Translations under genes and position numbers: made by a program | Assembly: GCA_965224245.1 (NCBI GenBank) | Contig: OZ245046.1 | Span: 1,504,001-1,568,000, forward strand | Source of the DNA: Candidatus Eiseniibacteriota bacterium | GTDB lineage: Bacteria > Eisenbacteria > RBG-16-71-46 > CAZAMP01 | Reading direction: 5' to 3' | DNA length: 64,000 bases | The notes under the pieces: model-generated | Database searches by the model: none | Told to the model about the DNA's origin: nothing | The model's input: only the letters and a program-made list of their open reading frames with translations | Shown here: one piece after another, positions 9,157-19,311 of the stretch | Position numbering within the stretch: the stretch's first letter is position 1 | Layout: each line of letters opens with the position of its first letter

Positions 9157-10530
9157 CTAGCGTCGTGAGGGTGACGGTCGGCGTCGCCCGAGCCGCTCGC
9201 GAGCCCTCGCGAACGCGACGCGCACGAGATCCCGGTCGGTGGGGTCGGGGACCAGGAGCACGCGAACGGGGACGCCGGACAGGCGCCGGTATGCCGCGAC
9301 CCGCAGCACCAGGTTCACGACGTTGGTCACGCTGGCCGCCAGCGCGGCGCCGGTGATTCCGAGCGGTGGGATCAAGGCCAGGTTCGACACCACGTTCAGG
9401 CCCATCGCGATCAGGTTCAGTCGCATCGCGACGTCGGATCGTCCGCGCCCGGCGATGTCGCCGGTGAGCACCCGCGAGACCGCCACCGCGACCGCGCCCG
9501 GCAACAGCACGAGCAACGGGGTCACCGAGGACGCGAAGGCCGCACCGAACAGAAGCGAGACCAGAGGGCGTGCCAGGGCCGCGATGAGGATCGCCGCCAG
9601 CGCGGTGAGGAGGAAGTTCCACCGAGCGACCCGGGGTGTGATCGCACGGCGCGTCTCCTCGTCGCCCTCCAGGTTGGCGATCAGCGGGAACGTCACGAAC
9701 ATCGCCGCGTGCGAGACGATGCCGAGTCGCTCGATCACGCGGACCGCGCTCGAGTAGATCCCGACGGCGGCGGTGCTGGCCAGCGCGCCGATCAGGAACG
9801 CATCGGCGCGGGTGCGGATCGTGTACGCGAGCTCGCCGATGTGGAGCTTCCAGCCGTACGCGAGGCTCTCGCGCACGTACGCGCGAAACGTTCCAACCGA
9901 GGGCCGGCGCGCGGCACGCGCGAGGGCGACCCCGGTGGCGAGCATCGTGACCGCCTGACCCGCCAGCCACGACAGCATCAGCGCGACGCCGCTCGCGCGT
10001 CCGAGGGCGGCGAGCGCGAGCCCCGCGGCCAGCGTGACGGCCAGAGGGCCGAGGCTGACGAGTGCATGCGCGGCGAACGCGCGCCGCCCCTGGAGCACGC
10101 CTCCCAGGATCTGGAGCGTGAGGACCAGCGGGATCCCGATCACGCCGAGCGCGACCACGGAAGCGGGATCGAGCCATCCGGCGCTCACCGCGATCCGGTG
10201 GACGCCCCAGCCGAGTGCGGCGGCGAGCGGTCCCAGGATCGCGCACACCAGGAGCGTCGCGCCGATGGCCTCGCGGTCGTCGCCGCGGCCCCGCGCGATC
10301 AGGAACGCGCTCGACCACGGGAATCCGAGCGTGGCCAGCGCCGCGCCGAACAACGAGACGAAGATCCCCAGGGTGACCGCGCCCGCGAGCGCCGGTCCGA
10401 GGGCGCGCGCGAGGAGCGACGCCCACGCGATGCCGAGGACGAGGGCGAGGAGACGGCGACCCAGCGTGACCACGAACCCGTCCGCGAGGTCGCGCAGCGC
10501 GGAGCGGGGTTCGGGCGCGGGGCCGGTCAC
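9157..10530 (-). CDS. Wzx-type polysaccharide flippase
   Basis: GTGA overlap with the upstream stop; many TM helices; LARALGP, RADAFLIG...AVGIYSSA, LIPPLGITGAALA. Confidence 0.85.
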   Translation of the reverse strand: MTGPAPEPRSALRDLADGFVVTLGRRLLALVLGIAWASLLARALGPALAGAVTLGIFVSLFGAALATLGFPWSSAFLIARGRGDDREAIGATLLVCAILGPLAAALGWGVHRIAVSAGWLDPASVVALGVIGIPLVLTLQILGGVLQGRRAFAAHALVSLGPLAVTLAAGLALAALGRASGVALMLSWLAGQAVTMLATGVALARAARRPSVGTFRAYVRESLAYGWKLHIGELAYTIRTRADAFLIGALASTAAVGIYSSAVRVIERLGIVSHAAMFVTFPLIANLEGDEETRRAITPRVARWNFLLTALAAILIAALARPLVSLLFGAAFASSVTPLLVLLPGAVAVAVSRVLTGDIAGRGRSDVAMRLNLIAMGLNVVSNLALIPPLGITGAALAASVTNVVNLVLRVAAYRRLSGVPVRVLLVPDPTDRDLVRVAFARARERLGRRRPSPSRR

Positions 10531-11657
10531 GACGGCGCCGGAGGCTCGGGGGTCGCGGCGTCGGTCCGGTCCCCGGTGACCACCCGGGCCATCGCGGCCC
10601 GATACTCGGGATTGGGCATGCCGACGGGCACGCGCACCACGAACGCGCGCGCGGACGCGAAGCGGGGAGCGAGCAGCGTGCTCCAGGCGGCCGCTCCCCA
10701 GCTCGGCGTCAGGGGCGGGCGCGAGGCGATCGTGCGATTGACCGACGTCCACGTCGCGTGGCGCCCGAGCTCGGCGTGCTCGGCGTCGAGGATGCGGGCC
10801 GAGAGCGCGGCGGCGCCGTCCGGACCGATCGCGTCGACCCGAAGATCGGGATCGCCGGTCCGGAAGACGAGGTACACGCGACGCAGCGGCGCCGACTCGG
10901 CCACCGGGCCGTAGAGTGCCCGGGGATCGATCGCGCGACGCACACGGGCCGGCGTCCCGCGCCGGGCGATCCAGTGGAGGCGATCGAGCGCCGAACGCCC
11001 GTCCAGGAGCCGCCGCTCCAGCTCCGGATCGCCCGCCACGTTGTAGGCGTAGATCTTCGGCCAGCTCGCGTTCAGGTGGACGACGCCGTGCGCATCCACG
11101 CCGACCATGTCGTCGGCCAGAAACCGATACCCGCTCCCGCGGGCCAGCTCGAGCGAGAGGCTCGTCTTGCCGACGCCGCCGGTGCCGCCGACCACGACGC
11201 CGCCGCCATCTGGCGCGGCGAGCGCCGAGCCGTGCACGAAGAGCAGCCGGTCGGGGAAGAACATCTGCGCGGTGCCGACGAGCATCAGCTCGTGGAGGTG
11301 CTTGCCGGCGTCGTCACGCGGTCGGTGGAACTCGGCGTTGCGCAACTGGCGCACGAGGGCGCGCACCGGCTCGTGGATGACCATCTCGACGTCGACGTGC
11401 GTGGGGCGTCGCCGCCAGCGCGCGGTCAGGAACGGACCGAAGTCCGCCTCGAAGCCGTCATCGAGCTCGCGATGGATCGACGGGTTCATGGCGAACGGCC
11501 GGGCCGGGGGCAGCGTCTCCAGCACGGAGACCCGGATGTCGACCGCGTCGCCGGCGTCGAGCCGGCGATAGGCCGACGTCTCGCGCTCCAGCACGGCGCG
11601 CACGCGCGCGTCCCGTGCGTCGACCGAGACGCCGAGCGGACCGAACCGAAACCTCAT
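10527..11657 (-). CDS. HPr-kinase-related P-loop kinase
   Basis: VHGSAL...GGTGGVGKTSL (Walker A) followed by FLADDM, the HprK-like DD signature; ATGA-coupled to the upstream GT. Confidence 0.7.
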   Translation of the reverse strand: MRFRFGPLGVSVDARDARVRAVLERETSAYRRLDAGDAVDIRVSVLETLPPARPFAMNPSIHRELDDGFEADFGPFLTARWRRRPTHVDVEMVIHEPVRALVRQLRNAEFHRPRDDAGKHLHELMLVGTAQMFFPDRLLFVHGSALAAPDGGGVVVGGTGGVGKTSLSLELARGSGYRFLADDMVGVDAHGVVHLNASWPKIYAYNVAGDPELERRLLDGRSALDRLHWIARRGTPARVRRAIDPRALYGPVAESAPLRRVYLVFRTGDPDLRVDAIGPDGAAALSARILDAEHAELGRHATWTSVNRTIASRPPLTPSWGAAAWSTLLAPRFASARAFVVRVPVGMPNPEYRAAMARVVTGDRTDAATPEPPAPS

Positions 11658-12844
11658 GTGGATGCGCTCCGGGTCGACGTATCGGCGAGCGGGGACGCGA
11701 CGTTCTCCGCGAGCGAACGATAGAGCTCGACGTGCGCGGACACGACGCGATCGAGCGTGTAACGACGCTGCACCGTCTCGCGCGCGGCGTTCGCCAGACG
11801 CGCCCGGAGCTCGCCGTCGGAGCAGACGCGACGAAGCGCCGCGGCAAAGGCGTGCGCGTCGCGGGGATCCACCACGAGCCCGTCCACGCCGTCGGTGACG
11901 ACGTCCACGTTGCCGCGCACGCGCGAGACGACCGGTGGGATTCCCATGGCCATCGCCTCCAGGGCCGCGATCGGCAGACCCTCCCAGCGAGAGGGCAGGA
12001 TCAGCGCCGCGGCGGTCCGGATCGCGTCGAGGGCCTCGGCCCGCCCGAGCGCCCCGGTCAGACGGACCGACCGGAGCCCGCGCCGTGCGACGTCTCGCCG
12101 GACGTCGGCCTCGAGATCTCCACCGCCGACGAGGACGAACGTGTACCCCTCGGGCTCCAAGAGCTCGGCCACGCGCACGACGAGGTGTGGATCCTTCGGA
12201 TGAGTCAGCCGGCCCAGGAACGCGACCGTCTTGGTGGCGGGCGCGGCCGGGGCGGGCAGATCGTCCACCCGGATCCCGTTGGGGATGACCCGGCCGCGCC
12301 CCAGCTCGAAGCCGTGAGCCGCCGCCACGTCGCGATCGGAGGCGCTGACCCACACCAGGGCGTCGGCGCGCCGGCTGAGCCAGCGCTGAGCGCGGGCTTC
12401 GAGCGGTCGGACCGGCATCGGCTTTCCGAGGAAGTGGTAGCCGCGCACCGTGTACGCGAGGAGCGGCGTACGCGCACCACTCGCTCGGCGAGAGCGTCGG
12501 CGCGCGCCGAGGGCGGGCATCTCCAGGGCGATCCCGCCGAGCACGCCGGCGCGGGCGCCTTGCAGGTGGACGACGTGCGGGGACGAGGCACGCACGGCCC
12601 TGGTGAGCGTCGCGATCGCGTGCGGAATGTGTCGCCGCGTCATGAAATCGATCCCGATCGTTGGGAGCCCGAGAGTCGTGGCACGCGCCCGTGCGTACGA
12701 GTCGGCCGCGGAGACCAGGGTCACATCCAGACCTGCGGCCGCCAAGCCCTCGCTGAGCGAAAGTACGCTCGTCGTGCCCCCGCCGGGGGACCCGTCGGCG
12801 ACGACCATCCACACGCGTCGGCCCGCGGACGTCGAGCGGCTCAC
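11654..12844 (-). CDS. glycosyltransferase family 4
   Basis: VIPNGI, FLGRLTHPKD, LPSRWEGLPIAALEAMAMG; GTGA overlap. Confidence 0.9.
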   Translation of the reverse strand: MSRSTSAGRRVWMVVADGSPGGGTTSVLSLSEGLAAAGLDVTLVSAADSYARARATTLGLPTIGIDFMTRRHIPHAIATLTRAVRASSPHVVHLQGARAGVLGGIALEMPALGARRRSRRASGARTPLLAYTVRGYHFLGKPMPVRPLEARAQRWLSRRADALVWVSASDRDVAAAHGFELGRGRVIPNGIRVDDLPAPAAPATKTVAFLGRLTHPKDPHLVVRVAELLEPEGYTFVLVGGGDLEADVRRDVARRGLRSVRLTGALGRAEALDAIRTAAALILPSRWEGLPIAALEAMAMGIPPVVSRVRGNVDVVTDGVDGLVVDPRDAHAFAAALRRVCSDGELRARLANAARETVQRRYTLDRVVSAHVELYRSLAENVASPLADTSTRSAST

Positions 12845-14115
12845 GGGGCGAAGTCCGCGTGTCGTGCGGCATCGCGCCCGGCCAGCTCGGCGAGGCGGCT
12901 CGCGAAGCGCGCGAAGTTCACGTCGGCTCGGAAGTCGCGTGCGTACCGGGCCCGTGCCCCTTTTCGCCGCGCGTCGTCCGGTGCCTGACCCGCATACGTC
13001 GTCAGCGCGTCGGCGATCGCGTCGGCGTCGGGCCGATCGCCGAGGAGGGTGCCGGTCGTGGGCGAGACGATCTCGGACGTGCCGCCCACGTCGGTGGCCA
13101 GGATCGGGATCCCGGCGCTCGCGGCCTCCATGATCGAGACGGGTACGCCTTCGGACGCGCTCAGGCTGACGAACACGTCCACCGGCCGACGCCGGTAGTG
13201 GTCGAGGACGCGCTCGCGAGGGACGTGTCCCGCCCAGTCGACCCCGATGCTCGGCGGCAGGCGCTCGGCCCGTACGTGAAGCTCGCCCCGGAGCGGACCG
13301 TCGCCGAAGTGGGTCCACTCCACCGGTGAGGCCGGGTGCCTCGTCGCGAAGCGGGCGAGGGCGTCGATGGTCCGGTCCACGCGCTTGACCGGCCTCAGCG
13401 CGGAGCAGCTGACGATGCGGAGCACGTCGTCGGAGCTGGGGGCGCACTGGACGCCCGGGTCCGCGACGCCGAGGCGCGCGGTCTCGATCCGATCGGCGAG
13501 ATCGGGAAAGCGCTCGGTGAGGCGTCGCGCACCCAGCGTGCTCACGGGAAACGCGTGTCCCATGCCGAGGGCTCGGCGCAGGCGATCGTCCAACCCGGGG
13601 GCGGCCAGCGTGTTGTAGAGATCGGATCCGTGTGCCCGGCACACGACGACCGGACGCCGCCCCGTGACGAGTCGGGCCGCGTGCGCCAGCGCGGCGAACG
13701 ACGCGTCGAACCAGTACGCGTAGAGCACGGTCGGCATGCCCGGCTCGGCGTCGCAGAGTGGCACCAGCGTTCGTTGGGCCCAGCTCCGGACGCGGGCGAG
13801 TTCGCGCAGGAACGCTCGCCGCCGGGCCAGCGCGGCCACCGGCCGGAGCGGGCGGGGCACGATCGGTACCGGTCGACGGAGGACGTCCGAGCGGAGGCGA
13901 CCCAGAGCACCGGTGACCGGCCCCGCCGCGGACGCGGCGACGGCCAGGGAGTCGAGTACGTCGACGCGATCGGGGACGGGGTGTGGGGGCCCCAGGCGCA
14001 GCCTCGGTGCGAGGTGGATCGCATCGAACACCCGAGCCAGCGCGTGCAGCTCGTCGGCCAGGAAGGTCTCTCCGCTTCCGAACGGATGGACCTCGTTCAC
14101 GATGACGATGCGCAC
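12841..14115 (-). CDS. glycosyltransferase family 4
   Basis: HPFGSGETFL, RAHGSDLY, SASEGVPVSIMEAASAGIPILATDVGG. Confidence 0.9.
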   Translation of the reverse strand: MRIVIVNEVHPFGSGETFLADELHALARVFDAIHLAPRLRLGPPHPVPDRVDVLDSLAVAASAAGPVTGALGRLRSDVLRRPVPIVPRPLRPVAALARRRAFLRELARVRSWAQRTLVPLCDAEPGMPTVLYAYWFDASFAALAHAARLVTGRRPVVVCRAHGSDLYNTLAAPGLDDRLRRALGMGHAFPVSTLGARRLTERFPDLADRIETARLGVADPGVQCAPSSDDVLRIVSCSALRPVKRVDRTIDALARFATRHPASPVEWTHFGDGPLRGELHVRAERLPPSIGVDWAGHVPRERVLDHYRRRPVDVFVSLSASEGVPVSIMEAASAGIPILATDVGGTSEIVSPTTGTLLGDRPDADAIADALTTYAGQAPDDARRKGARARYARDFRADVNFARFASRLAELAGRDAARHADFAP

Positions 14116-14223
14116 GTCGGCTCCGAGGCTTGTGCAAAGTCGATCCCGCTAGGCTATCGTCTGACGCCGCGCACCGGACGGGGCGCTCGCGAGCCAGACG
14201 GGTCACGCCAGGATCGACGGCCC

Positions 14224-15564
14224 TTGAGAATCCTCATTGTCACAAAAGCGTTTCCTCCGCTCAATACCATGGGAGCGGGGCGACCGTACTCGTGGGCCAG
14301 GTACTGGACGCGGGACGGGCACGACGTGACGGTGTTGACGACGCCGAAGACCGGGTCGGGCACGAACCTGGATCTCCCCCCGCCACCGTGCCCGGTCTGG
14401 GAGGCGCCGCTCGGCGGCGTCGAGTGGCTGCGACGTCTCTACCACCGGGCGCGGCGTGACCCGACGGTTGCCGCCGGCGCCGGCCCGGCGGAACCGGGCG
14501 CCACGGGCCGCGCCCCCCGGCTCGCGCGGGCGATCCGCGCCGTCCGGAGTCGACTGGACGTCGTGCACACCTCGCGGATGCCGACCCTCGCCGACCTGTG
14601 GATCCGGCCCGCGCTGGAGCTCGTGCGGGGTCGCGCGCGACACGGGCGTCGATGGGACGCCGTGGTCAGCACGTCCTCGCCGTACGCCGCCCACGTGATT
14701 GCCGACCGGATCGTGCGCGAGGGGCTCGCCGCTCGCTGGATCGCGGACTTCCGGGATCTGTGGACCGAGAACCCGGCGATCGACGGGATCTTCCCGTTCG
14801 TCCGCGTCGAGCGTGCGCTGGAGGATCGGCTGATGCGTCGGGCGAGCGGGATCACGGTGGTCAGCGAGACCGATCGGGCGTTGATGGCGGCGCGCCACGA
14901 GCCGACGCCGGTGGTCGTGATCCCGAACGGGTTCGACCCCGAGGACCACCGGTCGCTCTCGCCGGCGCCGGCGTTTCCCGACGACGAGCACGACGTGTAC
15001 CGCATCGTCTACACGGGATCGATCTACCGCAACCAGAGCGCCGAGCCGCTCTTCGCCGCGGTCGCGGAGCTGGATCGCCGGGGATGTGCGGCCGCGCGCC
15101 GGATCCGGATCCTGTTCGCCGGGCCACGGCTGGGAACCGTGGAGACCGACGCCCGTCGTCACGGGGTGGACGATCGGGTCGTCCTCCACGGACTCGTGCC
15201 CCGCACGGTGGCGTACCGGATGCAGCGCGACGCCGACGCGCTCCTGTTTCTCGACTGGCGGGATCCATCCGTCCGCGGCATCCCCACCGGGAAGATCTAC
15301 GAGTATCTGTTCGCGTCCCCACCGGTGCTCGCGGTGGGGGGCTCGCGCGACTCCGCGGCCGCCGAGCTCGTCCGGCGAGCTCGGGCGGGGTTCGTTTTTG
15401 GTGAGGACGCGACCGCGCTGGCCGACCACCTGGGCACGGTCCTGAGGGGGCAGGGACCCTCACTCCCCGGTCGAGATCCCGATGTGCTGCAGTCCTTTAC
15501 ACGGGAGAGCCTGGCGCGCCGCCTGCTGGCGCTGCTGACCGGAGAGACCCCGGCCGGCGGGTGA
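14224..15564 (+). CDS. glycosyltransferase family 4-like
   Basis: TTG start LRILIVTKAFPP; WIADFRDLW, IPNGFD, IPTGKIYEYL. Confidence 0.85.
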   Translation: MRILIVTKAFPPLNTMGAGRPYSWARYWTRDGHDVTVLTTPKTGSGTNLDLPPPPCPVWEAPLGGVEWLRRLYHRARRDPTVAAGAGPAEPGATGRAPRLARAIRAVRSRLDVVHTSRMPTLADLWIRPALELVRGRARHGRRWDAVVSTSSPYAAHVIADRIVREGLAARWIADFRDLWTENPAIDGIFPFVRVERALEDRLMRRASGITVVSETDRALMAARHEPTPVVVIPNGFDPEDHRSLSPAPAFPDDEHDVYRIVYTGSIYRNQSAEPLFAAVAELDRRGCAAARRIRILFAGPRLGTVETDARRHGVDDRVVLHGLVPRTVAYRMQRDADALLFLDWRDPSVRGIPTGKIYEYLFASPPVLAVGGSRDSAAAELVRRARAGFVFGEDATALADHLGTVLRGQGPSLPGRDPDVLQSFTRESLARRLLALLTGETPAGG

Positions 15565-15612
15565 TGTCGGCCATCGAATGACCATCGGGACCGGTCTCTG
15601 CACGCCGGCCCA

Positions 15613-15641
15613 TTGACCGTCGACCTCGCGCCACTTATAAT
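15613..15641 (+). promoter_or_regulatory. sigma70 promoter of the wza-asnB-priming GT-wzc-GH operon
   Basis: TTGACC (15613-15618), 17 nt, TATAAT (15636-15641). Confidence 0.8.
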
Positions 15642-15648
15642 ACTCCGA

Positions 15649-15666
15649 CCTGTAAATGGTTACAGG
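15649..15666. promoter_or_regulatory. palindrome at the predicted transcription start (candidate operator or 5' hairpin)
   Basis: CCTGTAA-atgg-TTACAGG, AT-rich in a GC-rich background. Confidence 0.5.
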
Positions 15667-15920
15667 GAAGCGAGCTGCGTGATTTGTCGATCAGGCTCGG
15701 GCGCCGCCGGGGGGAGCGCCCCGGGAGGGGAGCCGCTAAGCTCGGGACGAGCTCGACCGAAACCAATAGCAAGAACCCTATCGCGCCGCACCCGACGACC
15801 GGTGCCTCGAATGTCGCCGGCGAGGTGCGTCGCCAAACGACCCGTCCTGGAGCGGTCTCGACCGAGCCCGATCGCCGGACCCAAACCCAAGCTCTCGCAC
15901 GAGGACTGGAACGAGCTGTC

Positions 15921-16556
15921 ATGAGGTTACTCCTTTCGCTCGGCGCGGTGATCGCCGCGTTCGTCGTCGATACGGCATCCGCGCAATCCGAAGCGCCGTC
16001 CACGGCGAGCGTCTACCACGTGGGTGACGCGATCGAGCTTCTCGTCGTCGGATACGAGGACGACCTGAACGGCGTGTATCGCGTCGCATCCGACGGTGCG
16101 CTGAGCATCCCGTACATCGGTCGCGTCCCCGCGGTGGGCCTCACGCACGACCAGCTCACCGAGACGCTCGAGGGGCGCGTCTGGAGCTACTACATCAACC
16201 GCCCCGAGGTCGTCGTGCGGCCGCTGTACGCGGTCACGGTTCTCGGAAACGTGCGGCGGCCGGGCACGTTCAACATCGGTGGTGGGGAGCGATTGAGTGC
16301 GCTGATCGCGCTCGCGGGCGGTACCGACGACGAGGCCTACATCGAGAAGGCCAAGGTCACGCGCGACGGCAAGACGCTCGAGCGGAACCTGAAGTCGGCC
16401 CTGTCGAGCGGCGAGACGATCCAGGACATCGGCATCCAGTCGGGTGACGTCGTGTTCGTGCCCCGGACGTCGTGGTGGCGGAGCTTCCGGAACTGGGCCG
16501 TCGTGGTGTCGACGGTATCGCTCTCGTTCGCCGTGTACGATCGGATCACCAACTGA
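15921..16556 (+). CDS. wza: short polysaccharide export protein (Poly_export + SLBB, Wza-like)
   Basis: YHVGDAIELLV...VASDGALSIPYIGRV; VTVLGNVRRPG; ALAGG; IQSGDVVFVP. Confidence 0.85.
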   Translation: MRLLLSLGAVIAAFVVDTASAQSEAPSTASVYHVGDAIELLVVGYEDDLNGVYRVASDGALSIPYIGRVPAVGLTHDQLTETLEGRVWSYYINRPEVVVRPLYAVTVLGNVRRPGTFNIGGGERLSALIALAGGTDDEAYIEKAKVTRDGKTLERNLKSALSSGETIQDIGIQSGDVVFVPRTSWWRSFRNWAVVVSTVSLSFAVYDRITN

Positions 16557-16605
16557 CCGACGACCGAGCGGTCGTCGGCGAGCACGCTCGCGAGGAACGC
16601 TGAAC

Positions 16606-18513
16606 GTGTGTGGCATCACGGGCTACTGGAATCTCCGATCGGGTGAGCCGATCTCGCGCGAACGCCTCGTTCGGATGAACGACGTGATGATCCCGCGCGG
16701 GCCGGACGATTCCGGCGTGTTCGTGGACCGCGACTTCGGCATGGCCGCCAGGCGCCTGTCGATCATCGACCTGGACGGCGGACATCAGCCGATCGGCAAC
16801 GAGGACGAGAGCCTCTGGATCGCCTACAACGGCGAGACCTACAACTTCCCGGAGATCCGCGCGCGGCTCCAGAGCCAGGGACACGTGTTCCGGACGCGCA
16901 CCGACACCGAGACCGTCCTCCATCACTACGAGGAGCGGGGGATCCAGTGCGTCGAGGATCTGAACGGCATGTTCGCGTTCTCGATCTTCGATCGGCGGGC
17001 CCGGCGCCTGTTCATCGCGCGCGATCGCGTGGGGATCAAGCCGCTCTTCTACGCCTACGTGAACGGAACGTTCGCGTTCGGCTCGGACATCAAGTCGTTC
17101 ATCGTCGCGCACCCCGAGATGGTCGGCGAGCTGGATCACGACGCGATCCACCACTACCTGTCGCTGAACTACATCCCCGCGCCGGCCACGATCTTCGAGC
17201 ACGTGCGGGTCCTGATGCCCGGTCACGGTCTGACGCTCGACGCCGACGGCGAGCTCGAAATCTTCTCCTACTGGGACGTGACCTACACGCCCGAGGAGCG
17301 GCCGATCGACGCCTACGTGGAGGAGCTCCGGGCGCTGCTCGCCGACTCGGTGCAGAAGCGCCTCCTGGCCGACGTCCCGGTGGGCGTGCTCCTCAGCGGC
17401 GGGCTCGACTCGAGCAGCATCTGCCGGTTCATGGCCGAGCGCCACACGGGGCCGGTGAAGACGTTCTCGGCCCACTTCGCCGAGGAGTCGTTCTCGGAGG
17501 TCCGGTTCGCGCGTCAGGTCGCGGGCCGGCTCGGCACCGAGCACTTCGAGGTCGAGGTAGGCGCCCCGGACGAGGCGTTCATCGTCCGATTGGCCGAGGA
17601 TCTGGGGCAGCCCTACGCGGACTCCAGCATGGTGCCGCTCCGGCACGTGTGCGAGCTGGCGCGCCGGCACGTCAAGGTCGCCCTGTCCGGGGACGGGGGG
17701 GACGAGGTCTTCGCCGGGTACCAGACCTACGCCGCCTACCAAATCGCAAAGGCGTATCGAAAGCTGCCGAGTTTCGTGTCAAACGGACTCATCCGCCCCC
17801 TCGTCGAACGCCTCCCGACCTCGGATCGCAAGATCAGCTTCGAGTACAAGGCGAAGCGGTTCGTGCGGGCCGCCGCGCTGGATCCGGAGGTCGCGCACTA
17901 CGAGTTTAAGGTACTATTCACCGAGGCGGAGAAGGCCGCCTTGTACGGCGCGGCGTTCCGGAATGGACACGACCGACCCGACAGCTTCCAGGTATTCGCC
18001 GACAGGTACCGGGTCAGCCGAGACGGCGGTGAGATGCTCAACCGCCTCCTCTACGTCGATACCAAGGTCTACCTACCCGACGACATCCTGGTCAAAGTCG
18101 ACCGCATGAGCATGGCGAACTCGCTGGAGGCGCGGGTGCCCCTGCTCGATCACCGCGTGATCGAGTTCGCAGCCAGGCTGCCGGCCGGGCTCAAGCAGCA
18201 CGGCAAGGAGGGCAAGTGGCTGTTCAAGCGTGCCATGGACGGGCTGCTGCCGCCCGGCATCGTGCGGCGCAAGAAGGCGGGCTTCAACGTCCCGGCGGCG
18301 CAGTGGCTGAAAGGCCCGCTCCGAGGGCTGGTCGAGGAGCATCTGGGACCGCGCGCGCTGGCCGAGACCGGCGTTTTCGAGCCGGCGACGGTCCGGCGGT
18401 TCGTGACCGCGCACGATGAGGGGTTGGAAGACCGAAGCCGCGAGCTCTTCGGACTTCTGATGTTCCAGGTTTGGCACCGACACGTGTATCAGGAGTCGAG
18501 AGTAGGGATCTGA
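16606..18513 (+). CDS. asnB: asparagine synthase (glutamine-hydrolysing)-like amidotransferase
   Basis: GTG-CGITG N-terminal Cys; RRLSIID, LLSGGLDSS, LSGDGGDEVFAGY, KVDRMSMANSLEARVP. Confidence 0.93.
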   Translation: MCGITGYWNLRSGEPISRERLVRMNDVMIPRGPDDSGVFVDRDFGMAARRLSIIDLDGGHQPIGNEDESLWIAYNGETYNFPEIRARLQSQGHVFRTRTDTETVLHHYEERGIQCVEDLNGMFAFSIFDRRARRLFIARDRVGIKPLFYAYVNGTFAFGSDIKSFIVAHPEMVGELDHDAIHHYLSLNYIPAPATIFEHVRVLMPGHGLTLDADGELEIFSYWDVTYTPEERPIDAYVEELRALLADSVQKRLLADVPVGVLLSGGLDSSSICRFMAERHTGPVKTFSAHFAEESFSEVRFARQVAGRLGTEHFEVEVGAPDEAFIVRLAEDLGQPYADSSMVPLRHVCELARRHVKVALSGDGGDEVFAGYQTYAAYQIAKAYRKLPSFVSNGLIRPLVERLPTSDRKISFEYKAKRFVRAAALDPEVAHYEFKVLFTEAEKAALYGAAFRNGHDRPDSFQVFADRYRVSRDGGEMLNRLLYVDTKVYLPDDILVKVDRMSMANSLEARVPLLDHRVIEFAARLPAGLKQHGKEGKWLFKRAMDGLLPPGIVRRKKAGFNVPAAQWLKGPLRGLVEEHLGPRALAETGVFEPATVRRFVTAHDEGLEDRSRELFGLLMFQVWHRHVYQESRVGI

Positions 18514-18516
18514 AAG

Positions 18517-19257
18517 ATGGAGCGCATTTCAGAGGTTTCACCTGTCCCGGAGACGACCGCGGTGACGTACACCCGAGGCAACCTGGACGAGGACTGGTCC
18601 ACGGCGTACTACATCGTGCGCCGCGCGGCGGCGGTCATGTTCGCGTGTGGCGTCTTGATGGTGTTCATGCCGTTCGTGCTCGTCCTCGCGCTGTTGACGC
18701 GGCTGGAGAGCCCGGGCCCGCTGTTCTATCGCGGCCGGCGCGTCGGCAAGGACGGCAAGGTCTTCACGATGTACAAGCTCCGGACGCTCCGCCACGGGGT
18801 CGAGAGTCAGATCGGAGTACACCTTCTTCAGGAGAACTCCGATCATTTCACCCGGGTGGGACGCATCGTCCGGCGGACCAAGCTGGACGAGATCCCGCAG
18901 TTCTTCAACGTCATCCGCGGCGACATGACGATCATCGGGCCCCGTCCGGTCAGGCCGATTCGCGCGCGCCTGTTCCTGAAGACGATCCCGGGGTTTCGGC
19001 AGGTCCTGCAGGTGAAGCCCGGGATCTCCGGCTTGTCGCAGATCATGGCGGACTACTACGATCCCGCCGAACGCAAGTTCGAGTACGACCTGGAGTACAT
19101 CCGCAACCGGAGCCTCTGGCTGGACGTCAAGCTCGTCATTCTGACGGCCGTGCGGGTCCCGATCGCGGCCGTGCGCTACCTGGCCGGCCGCCTCGCGGGC
19201 GAGGACGAGGGACAGCAAGAGACGCAGACGCACGCCGAGGTGCACGGACCACGCTAG
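18517..19257 (+). CDS. priming polyprenyl-phosphate sugar transferase (Bac_transf)
   Basis: RVGKDGKVFTMYKLRT, KLDEIPQFFNVIRGDM, VKPGISG, DLEYIRNRSLWLDVK. Confidence 0.9.
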   Translation: MERISEVSPVPETTAVTYTRGNLDEDWSTAYYIVRRAAAVMFACGVLMVFMPFVLVLALLTRLESPGPLFYRGRRVGKDGKVFTMYKLRTLRHGVESQIGVHLLQENSDHFTRVGRIVRRTKLDEIPQFFNVIRGDMTIIGPRPVRPIRARLFLKTIPGFRQVLQVKPGISGLSQIMADYYDPAERKFEYDLEYIRNRSLWLDVKLVILTAVRVPIAAVRYLAGRLAGEDEGQQETQTHAEVHGPR

Positions 19258-19311
19258 AGCACCTTGGGTACGCCGCGGCGGCACGCTGAGGGAGCTGAGG
19301 AGACGTCACGA

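Noticed and set aside
10527-18513. Lasso-peptide cluster (AsnB-like cyclase + HprK-like kinase)
   Set aside because: AsnB retains the N-terminal Cys glutaminase domain and lies in the wza-wzc operon; no B protein/RRE or precursor seen.
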